A stretch of DNA of 64,000 nt, from positions 44,723-108,722 of the forward strand of contig JBEGVZ010000119.1 in NCBI GenBank assembly GCA_041178085.1. The letters run 5' to 3'. The translations under genes and the position numbers were made by a program. Below the pieces are notes generated by a model. That model was not told where the DNA came from. It did no database searches and saw nothing but the letters and a program-made list of their open reading frames with translations. Source of the DNA: Pseudomonadota bacterium. Its GTDB lineage: Bacteria; Bdellovibrionota_B; Oligoflexia; Oligoflexales; RGVZ01. Below, piece by piece: positions 17,354 through 25,741 of this stretch. Numbering within the stretch: position 1 is the first letter of the stretch; every line of letters starts with the position of its first letter.

Positions 17354-18673
17354 TCAGAGAGGCTTGTAGGGCTGAAAGAACTGGTTGAGTCCAAGGGACA
17401 CACCTGATGTCCTGATTTCGTTGCTCCGACCCCAGCCATAATCGATTCGAAACACCAGCCGGTGAACCTTCGGAATGGCAATGCGTACACCAGCACCAGC
17501 CGAACGAAAGACGTCTTTTTTCGCGTCAGCAAAATCGTCACCTGCGATGCCGGCGTCCGTGAACAGGACTCCTGCCAGCTTCACAGCGCGTGAAGTAAAC
17601 ACTTCTGAACGCAGTTCGAGGTTGCCGTAGGCGGCAAAGGGGCCCTGACGAATACCGTCTGGAAAACCCCGCACGGAGTCAAAACCGCCTAGATGAAACA
17701 CGTTGGAAATCGTCGGCGCCCCGGCAGACTGCATGTAAGCATGTGCTGCCATGTTGAACGTCTGCACCGGGCGCAGGAAGGCAAATCCCTCGACTTCCGC
17801 ATAACGAGAATCACCGGGGTTTTCGACACCCGCCGAACGGGACACGCCCCACTTTAAACTTGCACGGACCCCGTCAAGCAACTGGTCCTCGACTGCCATA
17901 TTGTCAAACACTGCCGACAGCAGAAGACGGTTCTCAGACGATGCGTCACCTGCCGGTAAATCGATTCCGGTCAAGGGACTGCCTTCGATCGAGGGACGGC
18001 CGTCGCGCCTGCTCAAAAACTCAAACCCAGCCTGTAAAATCAGCGGATCCAGCGGACCGGTAATAGAATCAATCAACGAAAAAAGATGCTGGGCGCGGAC
18101 AAAAGAGCTGTCAAAACCGAGTACCCCCGTTTCGTTTCCTGCTGCGTCATAAAAAGTCCGGCGGCGAAAATCCCGCCATAGCTCAATCCCGGCAGAACTC
18201 CTGCCCTGTCCAGCGCGCGGAAGTTTTGCCCAGAGCGTGAATCCCGCCGGCGCACTGCCATATTTTTTGGTTTCCGCACCCAGGGTGACCAGGCGGCCAA
18301 GAGCGTGGGTTTCATAAACCCCGGCGACCAGCAGGGGAGTACCGCCGCCGTAAGCGCCACGCACGACCGGGATGGTTGTCCATTTTTCTTCCACGTCGAT
18401 CACGAGGCGACCGTCCGCTAGACGGACGTCCACGCGCAGGAAAACATCCGTAGTCAGGAGTTTCGTGCGGATACGCTCCAGGTCAGCGTTCGCCAAATCG
18501 GCTGGCAAGGCCAATCCAAGATAATGTTTGAGCCAATCCGGATCGGTGCGGGAGATTCCGCGAAATTCAAAATCACGGGCAACTTCCCCGTAGCAGGAAC
18601 CCTGCGCAAACAAGAACAGGAAAAATGCGCAGGCATAAGGCAGCGCGCTGCGCCAGCAAGAAAGCCAGCTCAC
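17354..18673 (-). CDS. Omp85/BamA-TamA-family outer-membrane protein with a single POTRA-like domain
   Basis: A signal peptide is followed by a POTRA-like segment (FEFRGISRTDPDWLKHYLGL...RLVIDVEEKWT). The barrel follows, with GGFDSVRGFP and RIDYGWG motifs typical of the bacterial surface antigen (D15) domain. Confidence 0.6.
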   Translation of the reverse strand: MSWLSCWRSALPYACAFFLFLFAQGSCYGEVARDFEFRGISRTDPDWLKHYLGLALPADLANADLERIRTKLLTTDVFLRVDVRLADGRLVIDVEEKWTTIPVVRGAYGGGTPLLVAGVYETHALGRLVTLGAETKKYGSAPAGFTLWAKLPRAGQGRSSAGIELWRDFRRRTFYDAAGNETGVLGFDSSFVRAQHLFSLIDSITGPLDPLILQAGFEFLSRRDGRPSIEGSPLTGIDLPAGDASSENRLLLSAVFDNMAVEDQLLDGVRASLKWGVSRSAGVENPGDSRYAEVEGFAFLRPVQTFNMAAHAYMQSAGAPTISNVFHLGGFDSVRGFPDGIRQGPFAAYGNLELRSEVFTSRAVKLAGVLFTDAGIAGDDFADAKKDVFRSAGAGVRIAIPKVHRLVFRIDYGWGRSNEIRTSGVSLGLNQFFQPYKPL

Positions 18674-19656
18674 AGAAACGGATCCACGTGGGAAAGATAA
18701 CGGCTTACGTATTCCTTCACGCCCTCTTCAAGGCGCGTAAATGGTTTCGTGTATCCACCCTCTTCACGCAGCCGGCCAAGGTTGGCTTCGGTGAAATACT
18801 GATACTGGGCTTTCAAATCCTCTGGCATCTCGATCCACTCAAACTTGGATTCGGGCTTGCCAACCGCAGCAAACACCGCACGGCCAAGATCCGCGAAGGA
18901 ACGGGCCTCGCCGCTACCAACGTTATAGATACCGGATTTTGCCGCCTCATTGGGGCGCATGAAGTGACTGATGACCTGAACCACGTCCTTGACCCAGACA
19001 AAATCGCGGCGCTGTTCGCCGTGGCCAATCCCGTCTTTATAGGACTTGAAAAGCTTTAGGATGCCCCGGTCCCTGACCTGGGGAAAGGCATGAAAGACAA
19101 CGCTGGCCTGCCCCCCCTTGTGGTACTCCTGTGGGCCATAGACGTTGAAAAACTTAAGTCCCGCCCAAAACGGGGGACGCTCGCGCTGTTTCAAGACCCA
19201 CTGGTCGAAGAGATGCTTGCTGTAACCGTACGGGTTGATCGGCCGGAGGCGGCTGAGAAGCTGGGGATCGTCCGAGTAGCCGTGCTCCCCCATGCCGTAT
19301 GTGGCGGCGGATGAAGCGTAGACAAAGGGGATTTTTTCGCGCGCAGCATACTGAAACAACTCCACGGAATAATTGAAGTTATTCCGAATCAGATAGTCGA
19401 CATCCTTTTCCGTCGTCGTGGAACAGGCCCCCATGTGGACGATTGCCTGAATGGCGGCCGGACGCGTCTTGGTGCCCAGCCAGCTGAGCAGTTCATCCTT
19501 GTGAAGGGCGTAAGTGATCTGGCGCTTGGCCAGGTTTCGCCACTTGTGTCCCGTTCCAAATTCGTCGGCTACGACGATGTCCCGCTGGCCCTCCTCGTTC
19601 AGATGAGCCACGAAGGCGCTGCCAATGAAACCTGCGCCGCCGGTAACCACGATCAT
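18670..19656 (-). CDS. hldD: ADP-L-glycero-D-manno-heptose 6-epimerase
   Basis: The N-terminus [38 protein letters not shown] closely parallels E. coli RfaD/HldD. It is an SDR fold of about 328 aa. The stop overlaps the start of the downstream Omp85-like gene. Confidence 0.85.
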   Translation of the reverse strand: MIVVTGGAGFIGSAFVAHLNEEGQRDIVVADEFGTGHKWRNLAKRQITYALHKDELLSWLGTKTRPAAIQAIVHMGACSTTTEKDVDYLIRNNFNYSVELFQYAAREKIPFVYASSAATYGMGEHGYSDDPQLLSRLRPINPYGYSKHLFDQWVLKQRERPPFWAGLKFFNVYGPQEYHKGGQASVVFHAFPQVRDRGILKLFKSYKDGIGHGEQRRDFVWVKDVVQVISHFMRPNEAAKSGIYNVGSGEARSFADLGRAVFAAVGKPESKFEWIEMPEDLKAQYQYFTEANLGRLREEGGYTKPFTRLEEGVKEYVSRYLSHVDPFL

Positions 19657-19715
19657 GGGGACGTCCTCCGTTTCCCGTTTCTCATTTCATACAATTCTAC
19701 TAGAGTCGCCGCCAT

Positions 19716-20039
19716 ATGTTTGGACTTGGGATATCTGAAATCATTGTCATTGTCGTCGCCGGGCTGATCTTTATCGGCCCCAAACAACTGCCGGATTTCA
19801 TCCGTTCGGCCGGGCGGCTTTTCGTCCAGGTGCGTCGTGCGGCCAACGAGGTCAAAGGCACCGTCGATGGGGTCATTCGCGAAGCCGAAGATGAACTCCG
19901 TAAAGAAAAAGATTCCATCACCCAGTCGCCCGAAATCAAGGAGCTGGCTGCCGTGAAAAACGACATCGAATCGACCATGCGCAGGGGATCGTTTGACGAC
20001 TCTTCGCTGGCATTGCCTTTCGGAAGCATGACCCCTTGA
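19716..20039 (+). CDS. tatB: twin-arginine translocase subunit (TatA/TatB family, TatB-like)
   Basis: The sequence MFGLGISEIIVIVVAGLIFIGPKQLPDFIRSAGRLFVQVRRAANEVK shows a TM helix, a hinge Gly-Pro and an amphipathic helix. Confidence 0.7.
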   Translation: MFGLGISEIIVIVVAGLIFIGPKQLPDFIRSAGRLFVQVRRAANEVKGTVDGVIREAEDELRKEKDSITQSPEIKELAAVKNDIESTMRRGSFDDSSLALPFGSMTP

Positions 20040-21280
20040 TCGGCTTTCACCGGGAAAACGGCAAGATCCACTGCGATGGCATCGCCCTGGAGCGTATCGC
20101 CCGCAACCTCAAGACGCCCTGCTACCTGTACTCGCGGGCCTTTTTCGAGTCCCGGCTGGACCGGCTCGGACAGGCATTCAGCGGGTTCAACCTGTTGCCC
20201 TGCTTTGCCATGAAATCCAACCACCACCCCTTTTTCCTGACCACCCTCCGGGGAAGAAAAGCGCCCGCATGGGGTATCGATGTGGTTTCGGGGGGGGAAC
20301 TCTCCCATGCCTTGAAACATGGCTTTGACGCGAAAAACTCCGTGTTCTCTGGCGTTGGCAAGTCCATGGCAGAACTGGATCTGGCGGTTGCAAACGATAT
20401 CCTTTTGAACGTCGAAAGCCTTTTTGAACTTGAGATGATCGTAAACTCTGCTGGCAACGCCGGAAAAAAAGCACGCGTCGGCATCCGGATCAACCCCGAC
20501 ATCGATGCCCACACCCATCCGAAAATCACGACAGGCACGGATAAGAACAAATTTGGGCTGGCCGTCACGCGCTTGCCGGATGCGTTACATTACATTGCGA
20601 AAAAACATGACTCGATCACACTCGAGGCGCTCTCTGTGCACATTGGCAGCCAGCTGACGGACCTGCCTGCGTGGACGGCTTCGTGTGCAGCCCTTGTGGA
20701 ACAGGCGGACAGGATCCACACGGATAACCATCCAGCCCTGAACGGCAGACAACTTAAATCCCTCGATTTCGGCGGCGGATTCCCCGTGCGCTACCGGGAT
20801 GAAGAGGAAGTCCCGCCGATAGAAGATTTTGCCGCCGCGTTGAAGGCTGTACTTCACAACGCGAAGACTGCAGCAACTCGCAACTGCACAGTGATCATTG
20901 AGCCGGGACGCTGGGTCGTTGCAGAGTGCGGGGCACTCCTATCCCGTGTCATCGGAGTCAAGGAATCCTTCGTCATCATCGATGCTTCCATGACTGAACT
21001 GGTGCGCCCAGCCATGTACGAGGCCCGTCATGATATCTGGGTAGACGGTGAGACTGCGACGTCCTCACCATCGCGCGTGAAGTTCGATTTCGCGGGACCG
21101 GTCTGTGAATCGAGCGATGTGATGGGCTTTGATATTCCGTGCGCCCACCAACCAGTCCAAGGCGACCTGGTTTTGATCCTTCAAGCTGGTGCCTACGGCG
21201 CGTCGATGGCGTCAACCTACAACATGCGCCCACTGCCGGCCGAATTCGTGGTCAACCAGGACGGTTCGCTTATTTCTTGA
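20036..21280 (+). CDS. lysA: diaminopimelate decarboxylase
   Basis: This is a fold-III PLP decarboxylase of 414 aa. Features include TPCYLYS near the N-terminus, FAMKSN (PLP Lys), GGGFPV and the CESSD motif. The TTG start overlaps the tatB stop. Confidence 0.85.
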   Translation: MIGFHRENGKIHCDGIALERIARNLKTPCYLYSRAFFESRLDRLGQAFSGFNLLPCFAMKSNHHPFFLTTLRGRKAPAWGIDVVSGGELSHALKHGFDAKNSVFSGVGKSMAELDLAVANDILLNVESLFELEMIVNSAGNAGKKARVGIRINPDIDAHTHPKITTGTDKNKFGLAVTRLPDALHYIAKKHDSITLEALSVHIGSQLTDLPAWTASCAALVEQADRIHTDNHPALNGRQLKSLDFGGGFPVRYRDEEEVPPIEDFAAALKAVLHNAKTAATRNCTVIIEPGRWVVAECGALLSRVIGVKESFVIIDASMTELVRPAMYEARHDIWVDGETATSSPSRVKFDFAGPVCESSDVMGFDIPCAHQPVQGDLVLILQAGAYGASMASTYNMRPLPAEFVVNQDGSLIS

Positions 21281-21740
21281 CGTAGTCGCGGATCATCTTG
21301 ACGAGGCCGTCAATCTCATCCTTCGAGAGAACTCCGCCCCATGGAGGCATGGTGCCGCTAAGGCCTTTCGCAGCTCCACCTTTCTCAATCACGACGTAGA
21401 TGTGGGCGTCGTCAACCTTGGCTTGCCAAGCCGCGTCATGGAAGTTTCGTGGCTTCGGATTCAGGCCAGCAGAAGCTGCGCCGTTACCCTTGCCATCTTC
21501 ACCGTGACAGCTGGCGCACATGGTGGCGTATTTGGCAAAAACAGGATTTGCTTCAACGACAGCGGCGCCCTTCGGGGGCAATTCACCTTTGGCCGTGAGC
21601 TTTGGCAATGGACGATGGGCGATTTCACGCTCGTCGCGGGTTTGCTTCCAGAAGCGGCGCGGATCGTACTGCTCCATGCAACCAGAGGTCACCACAAGAA
21701 ACCCGATCAAGGTAAACAGGGAAGCAAGTCTGGATGCCAT
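21270..21740 (-). CDS. class I c-type cytochrome lipoprotein
   Basis: The signal/lipobox is LIGFLVVTSGC. There is one heme-binding CASCH motif and a distal Met in the context GTMPPWGG. Confidence 0.8.
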   Translation of the reverse strand: MASRLASLFTLIGFLVVTSGCMEQYDPRRFWKQTRDEREIAHRPLPKLTAKGELPPKGAAVVEANPVFAKYATMCASCHGEDGKGNGAASAGLNPKPRNFHDAAWQAKVDDAHIYVVIEKGGAAKGLSGTMPPWGGVLSKDEIDGLVKMIRDYVKK

Positions 21741-22065
21741 GAAAAATACCCCTCAGCCAAGTAAGGCGACGAACGAAACAGCCCGTAAAGATTAGCTGAT
21801 CAGGGCATCCCTTCCAATCAGAATTGCGCGGGCAAATTCCTTGCTCATTTTTTAAGCAGAAGGGGTTATGCAAGTCCGCCAAGGACCCGTCGCTGCGCCA
21901 AAAACATGGCGCAAGCCCGACCGGATCTTTGACGGCACCGTCAAAATGGTGGATTTCCAAGTCCCGGGCGAACCACCAAAATCACGAAGATTCTCCAGTC
22001 GGTTCGCTGTCATCAGACAAACCACCAATGTCCATTTGCCGCGTCAATCCGATGACAACACGCCT

Positions 22066-22081
22066 TGGCACGCCTTTTGTA
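22066..22081 (+). promoter_or_regulatory. putative sigma-54 (-24/-12) promoter upstream of fliL
   Basis: TGGCACG-CCTT-TTGTA has one mismatch to the consensus TGGCACG-N4-TTGCW. It lies about 88 nt upstream of the fliL ATG. Confidence 0.5.
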
Positions 22082-22168
22082 TGAGTAGGCAGGGAAATCC
22101 CAGATCCATCGTCGAATCGAGCTTGCACGAAGAAAATTTTGCGCACCACTGCGCGACCGGGACGCATC

Positions 22169-22951
22169 ATGTCTGACAAAAAAGAAGAGAAAAAAGACGA
22201 GAAGAAGGCCGCCGGGGAAAAGGGTGCCGAGGCAACCCCCGAAGACGAAGCCAAAAAGAAGAAGAAGAAACTTCTTATCATGGCAATCGGCGGTGTCGTC
22301 GGTGTTGGCGCCATCGGCGGCGGCGCAGCCTTTTTTCTGATGTCGAAGAAGCCGGCACCAGCTGCGGCAGGCGACCAGAAGGCCGAGACGCACGACGGCA
22401 AGAAGCCAGAAGATGGGGGCCACGGAGGTGAAAAACCTGCCGACGCCGCACATCAAGGTGAGAAAAAAGATGATGCCCATGCCGGAGATAAAAAAGAAGG
22501 CGCTGAAAAGAAAGACGGCGACGCCCATGGCGGCGACAAAAAAGAGGGTGGTGAGAAGAAGGAAGGCGACGCTCACGCAGGCGATAAAAAAGAGGGCGAT
22601 GGTCACGGCGGTGGCAAATCCGGTGGCAGCGACGCCGGGACACCAGACTTTGGCCAGACCTATGCTTTCTCTCCCTTCAACATCAACCTGGGCAATCCCC
22701 TGGACAACCACTACGCACGCCTCGAGGTGACGGTTGAATTTTTCGGCGGTGCTGACCAGGAAGGCGAGATCAAGAAACGCCTGCCGCAGCTGCGTGATGC
22801 GATCGTTTCAGTCGCCAGCAAAAAGTCGCGGGAATTCCTGCTGGGGCCCGATGGCAAGGATCAGCTGCGCCTTGAGATCAAGAACCGCTTGAACCAGTAC
22901 ATGACCCGCAAGATCGAAAACGTTTACATCACCGACATTCTCATTGAGTAG
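22169..22951 (+). CDS. fliL: flagellar basal-body-associated protein FliL, with Lys/Glu-rich N-terminus and a His/Lys-rich repeat linker
   Basis: There is a single TM helix (LLIMAIGGVVGVGAIGGGAAFFLM). The C-terminal FliL domain runs FNINLGNP...YARLEVTVEF...LRDAIVSVASKKS...LRLEIKNRLNQYM...VYITDILIE. It sits directly upstream of fliM. Confidence 0.85.
   Translation: MSDKKEEKKDEKKAAGEKGAEATPEDEAKKKKKKLLIMAIGGVVGVGAIGGGAAFFLMSKKPAPAAAGDQKAETHDGKKPEDGGHGGEKPADAAHQGEKKDDAHAGDKKEGAEKKDGDAHGGDKKEGGEKKEGDAHAGDKKEGDGHGGGKSGGSDAGTPDFGQTYAFSPFNINLGNPLDNHYARLEVTVEFFGGADQEGEIKKRLPQLRDAIVSVASKKSREFLLGPDGKDQLRLEIKNRLNQYMTRKIENVYITDILIE
22472..22615 (+). repeat. three tandem 48-nt (16-aa) repeats inside fliL
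   Basis: The units are DAHAGDKKEGAEKKDG, DAHGGDKKEGGEKKEG and DAHAGDKKEGDGHGGG. Confidence 0.8.
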
Positions 22952-22960
22952 GACGGAGCG

Positions 22961-23947
22961 ATGAACCAGGTCTTGTCACAAAGCGAAGTCGATGCGCTGC
23001 TTTCTGCCGTCTCGGACAACCGTCCAGAAGGATCGGAAACCGGCGGTGGAGGCGCCGCGCCCGGCAAAGCCGGCATCATGGGTTACGACCTGGCCAACCA
23101 GGACCGGATTATCCGCGGCCGCATGCCGACCCTTGATATCATTCATGATCGATTTATCCGCCTGTTCCGCGTGACGTTGTCCAACTCACTGCGCAAGATG
23201 GCAAATCTGAGCGTGAACTCGACCGGACCGTTGAAGTTTTCCGAATTCATGAACTCACTGCCACTGCCGTCTTGTTTGAACATACTCCGTCTGGAGCCCC
23301 TCCGCGGTGCGGCCGTGATGGTGATCGAGTCCAAGCTGCTGTATGCGCTGGTAGACAGCCTCTTTGGCGGAAACGACGTCCCGTACACCAAGATCGAAGG
23401 CAAGGATTTCACACCGATCGAGATCAAGATTGCCCGCAGGATTGTCATGGCGGCGATCGACGACCTGGAGAAGGCGTGGGAACCAGTATACCCGCTGAAA
23501 ATCGGTTACAGCCGGACCGAGATCAACCCGCAGTTCGTCGCCGTCGTGCCGCCCTCTGACGTGGTCATCGCGACGACTTTCGATATCGAACTTGAGAAGG
23601 TCTCCGGGACCATCAAGATCGTCGTCCCGTATTCGACCCTTGAGCCGATCAAATCAAAACTTTCCGTCGGGTTCCAAAGTGAGCAGCTGGAAGTCGACTT
23701 CATCTGGATCAACCGGATCAAAGAAAAAATCATGGGCACGGATGCCAACATCATTGTGCGCCTGGGCGACGCAGACATCAGCGTCAAGGATCTGATGAAC
23801 CTTGAGCCGGGTGACATCATTCAACTGAATAACGACGCCACGCTGCCACTCGACGTGCTGGTCGAGGGCGTGCCGAAATTCCGCGGCGTACCCGGACTTC
23901 TCAAGGGCAGCCGGGCGATCAAGATCACGGAATCGCTCATCGAGTAA
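22961..23947 (+). CDS. fliM: flagellar motor switch protein FliM
   Basis: The N-terminal CheY-P-binding-type peptide is MNQVLSQSEVDALLSAV. The size is 328 aa. The C-terminal SpoA-like domain ends ...LVEGVPKFRGVPG. Confidence 0.9.
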   Translation: MNQVLSQSEVDALLSAVSDNRPEGSETGGGGAAPGKAGIMGYDLANQDRIIRGRMPTLDIIHDRFIRLFRVTLSNSLRKMANLSVNSTGPLKFSEFMNSLPLPSCLNILRLEPLRGAAVMVIESKLLYALVDSLFGGNDVPYTKIEGKDFTPIEIKIARRIVMAAIDDLEKAWEPVYPLKIGYSRTEINPQFVAVVPPSDVVIATTFDIELEKVSGTIKIVVPYSTLEPIKSKLSVGFQSEQLEVDFIWINRIKEKIMGTDANIIVRLGDADISVKDLMNLEPGDIIQLNNDATLPLDVLVEGVPKFRGVPGLLKGSRAIKITESLIE

Positions 23948-24002
23948 GAAATCAGGCAAATAAAAGAACAGTCCAGAAAGATACGCCAGGGAGGGAGTCA
24001 TC

Positions 24003-24395
24003 ATGGCTGACAATGCCGCCGAAAGCACCGCGACGAGTCCAGATTTTGACAACGCACTAAAAGACGGCGCCGCGGGGGGAGAAGCTGGCGAGGAGCGCAG
24101 TGGACGCCTTGCACGTACTGACTTCTCGAAGCTCAAAATGATCCTCGACGTCCCCCTGAAAGTCTCCGTCGAGCTTGGCCGCACCAAGATGCTGATCAAC
24201 GACCTGCTCCAGCTTGGCCAGGGTTCGGTGATTGAACTCGACAAGATCGCCGGCGAGCCGATGGAAATCCTCATCAACGACAAGTTGGTAGCGATGGGTG
24301 AGGTAGTGGTCGTCAATGAGAAGTTTGGCGTGCGACTGACGGACGTTGTTTCCCAGTTTGGCCTTAATGATTTGCAGCCTTCCAAAGAGGCCTGA
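24003..24395 (+). CDS. fliN: flagellar motor switch protein FliN
   Basis: The SpoA domain reads [69 protein letters not shown]. Confidence 0.9.
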   Translation: MADNAAESTATSPDFDNALKDGAAGGEAGEERSGRLARTDFSKLKMILDVPLKVSVELGRTKMLINDLLQLGQGSVIELDKIAGEPMEILINDKLVAMGEVVVVNEKFGVRLTDVVSQFGLNDLQPSKEA

Positions 24396-24415
24396 TTACA
24401 CCCGGGAGTCAATGC

Positions 24416-25741
24416 ATGAGCCGGTTTATTGAGTCAGCCCTGGTCACGACTTTGTTGTTCGCTCTCCCCGCCCTTGGGGAGGAACGGACCACATCACCTG
24501 CTGCATCGGCGCAGGCGCCTGGATCGATCACGCGAATCGAAGGCGAATCCGACAAGGCACTTTCGATTGTGACCGTGGGACTTTCCACCAAGCCGGTATG
24601 GTCCTCACCGGTGGTCGAGGACCACGGCACTTTTGTGCAAGTGTTGATGCCTTCCACTGTCGTCCCTGAGCCAGGCACTTTCATTGACGCGAACAGCCCG
24701 TTTATCACCAAGATTGCGGCATTTCAGGTGAACAATCCGGCTTCCGGCCAGCCAACGGATGCGGCCATCCGGATGTTCGTCAATCGTGACGCAGCCGCCA
24801 TCAGGGAAGCGACGGTGGCTGAAATTCTGGCCGACCGCCTGGTGGTCACACTGGATCACAAAAAGCTGGAAGGCGCGCTCGCAAGGTCCGGCACGCTGGC
24901 CAGCCCTGCTTCCGATTCCGTCCCCGCTGCAGAAACCGACCGCGAGCCCACACCAGCTGAGATCGTCCAAGGTACGGCACTGGAAGAGAAATCGTCTGCC
25001 GCATCAGCATGGCCGGCTGCCGGCATCAGGGTCCCGAACCTCTCCAACAAGCTTGCCATTGTCAGTGGTTTTTCCCTGTTCATGCTGGTGCTGATGGGCG
25101 CGGTTTACCGCTTCAAACGGATCAATCCGCTTCGCAGCGGTGGTTTGCGCGAACATTTTGAAAACCCGGTCCGCCAAATGAAAAAGATGGTCAAGCACCG
25201 CGTCCCGGCAAGCGAAGACGGCGACGACTACGCGCGCGACATCACCATGAAAACCATCTCGACCATGATTATCGGCGCCCGCCAGAAGCTTGCCCTTGTT
25301 CAGGTTGGGCCGGAAACCATTCTGCTTTCTGTGAGCCCGACCGGAGTGCAATTCTTGACCAATGTCGGCAATCAGGCCCGCCAAGTCGCGACCCAACCCG
25401 TGCAGATAGCGGCACCGGCGGGAATTGAGACCGTCAACCAAGCAGCCCTTCCCCAGGCACGCGGGTTCGAGGAACGCCTCGCGAGCGAGACACTCGACGA
25501 AGTCGCGCAGGTCACAAGACCATCCAAGGTGCCTGCCAGGACAGCCCTCAAGGTCAATACCCGCCAGGGCGCATCCACCAGCAAAAAAGTCCGCGTCGCA
25601 GTCACGGATGAAGGTGTCACAGACATGTCTGGAAACGGACAAGCGCGGGACGCCAGACCTGAAACCAAGGATGACGAAAAACCATCTGACGACATTACGA
25701 GGTTGATCCGTGAGAAACTCCGGAACCTTCCAGTCATCTAG
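24416..25741 (+). CDS. fliO: FliO-like flagellar export protein with a large N-terminal periplasmic (AMIN-like) domain and a long C-terminal extension
   Basis: It occupies the synteny position between fliN and fliP. It has a signal peptide, one internal TM helix (LAIVSGFSLFMLVLMGAVYRF) and a FliO-type segment (MKTISTMIIGARQKLALVQVGPETILLSVSPTGVQFL). The total is 441 aa. Confidence 0.55.
   Translation: MSRFIESALVTTLLFALPALGEERTTSPAASAQAPGSITRIEGESDKALSIVTVGLSTKPVWSSPVVEDHGTFVQVLMPSTVVPEPGTFIDANSPFITKIAAFQVNNPASGQPTDAAIRMFVNRDAAAIREATVAEILADRLVVTLDHKKLEGALARSGTLASPASDSVPAAETDREPTPAEIVQGTALEEKSSAASAWPAAGIRVPNLSNKLAIVSGFSLFMLVLMGAVYRFKRINPLRSGGLREHFENPVRQMKKMVKHRVPASEDGDDYARDITMKTISTMIIGARQKLALVQVGPETILLSVSPTGVQFLTNVGNQARQVATQPVQIAAPAGIETVNQAALPQARGFEERLASETLDEVAQVTRPSKVPARTALKVNTRQGASTSKKVRVAVTDEGVTDMSGNGQARDARPETKDDEKPSDDITRLIREKLRNLPVI

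Noticed and set aside
19700-20518. A 272-aa minus-strand ORF across tatB and lysA.
   Set aside because: It is antisense to two genes with clear family signatures. It has no motif of its own.
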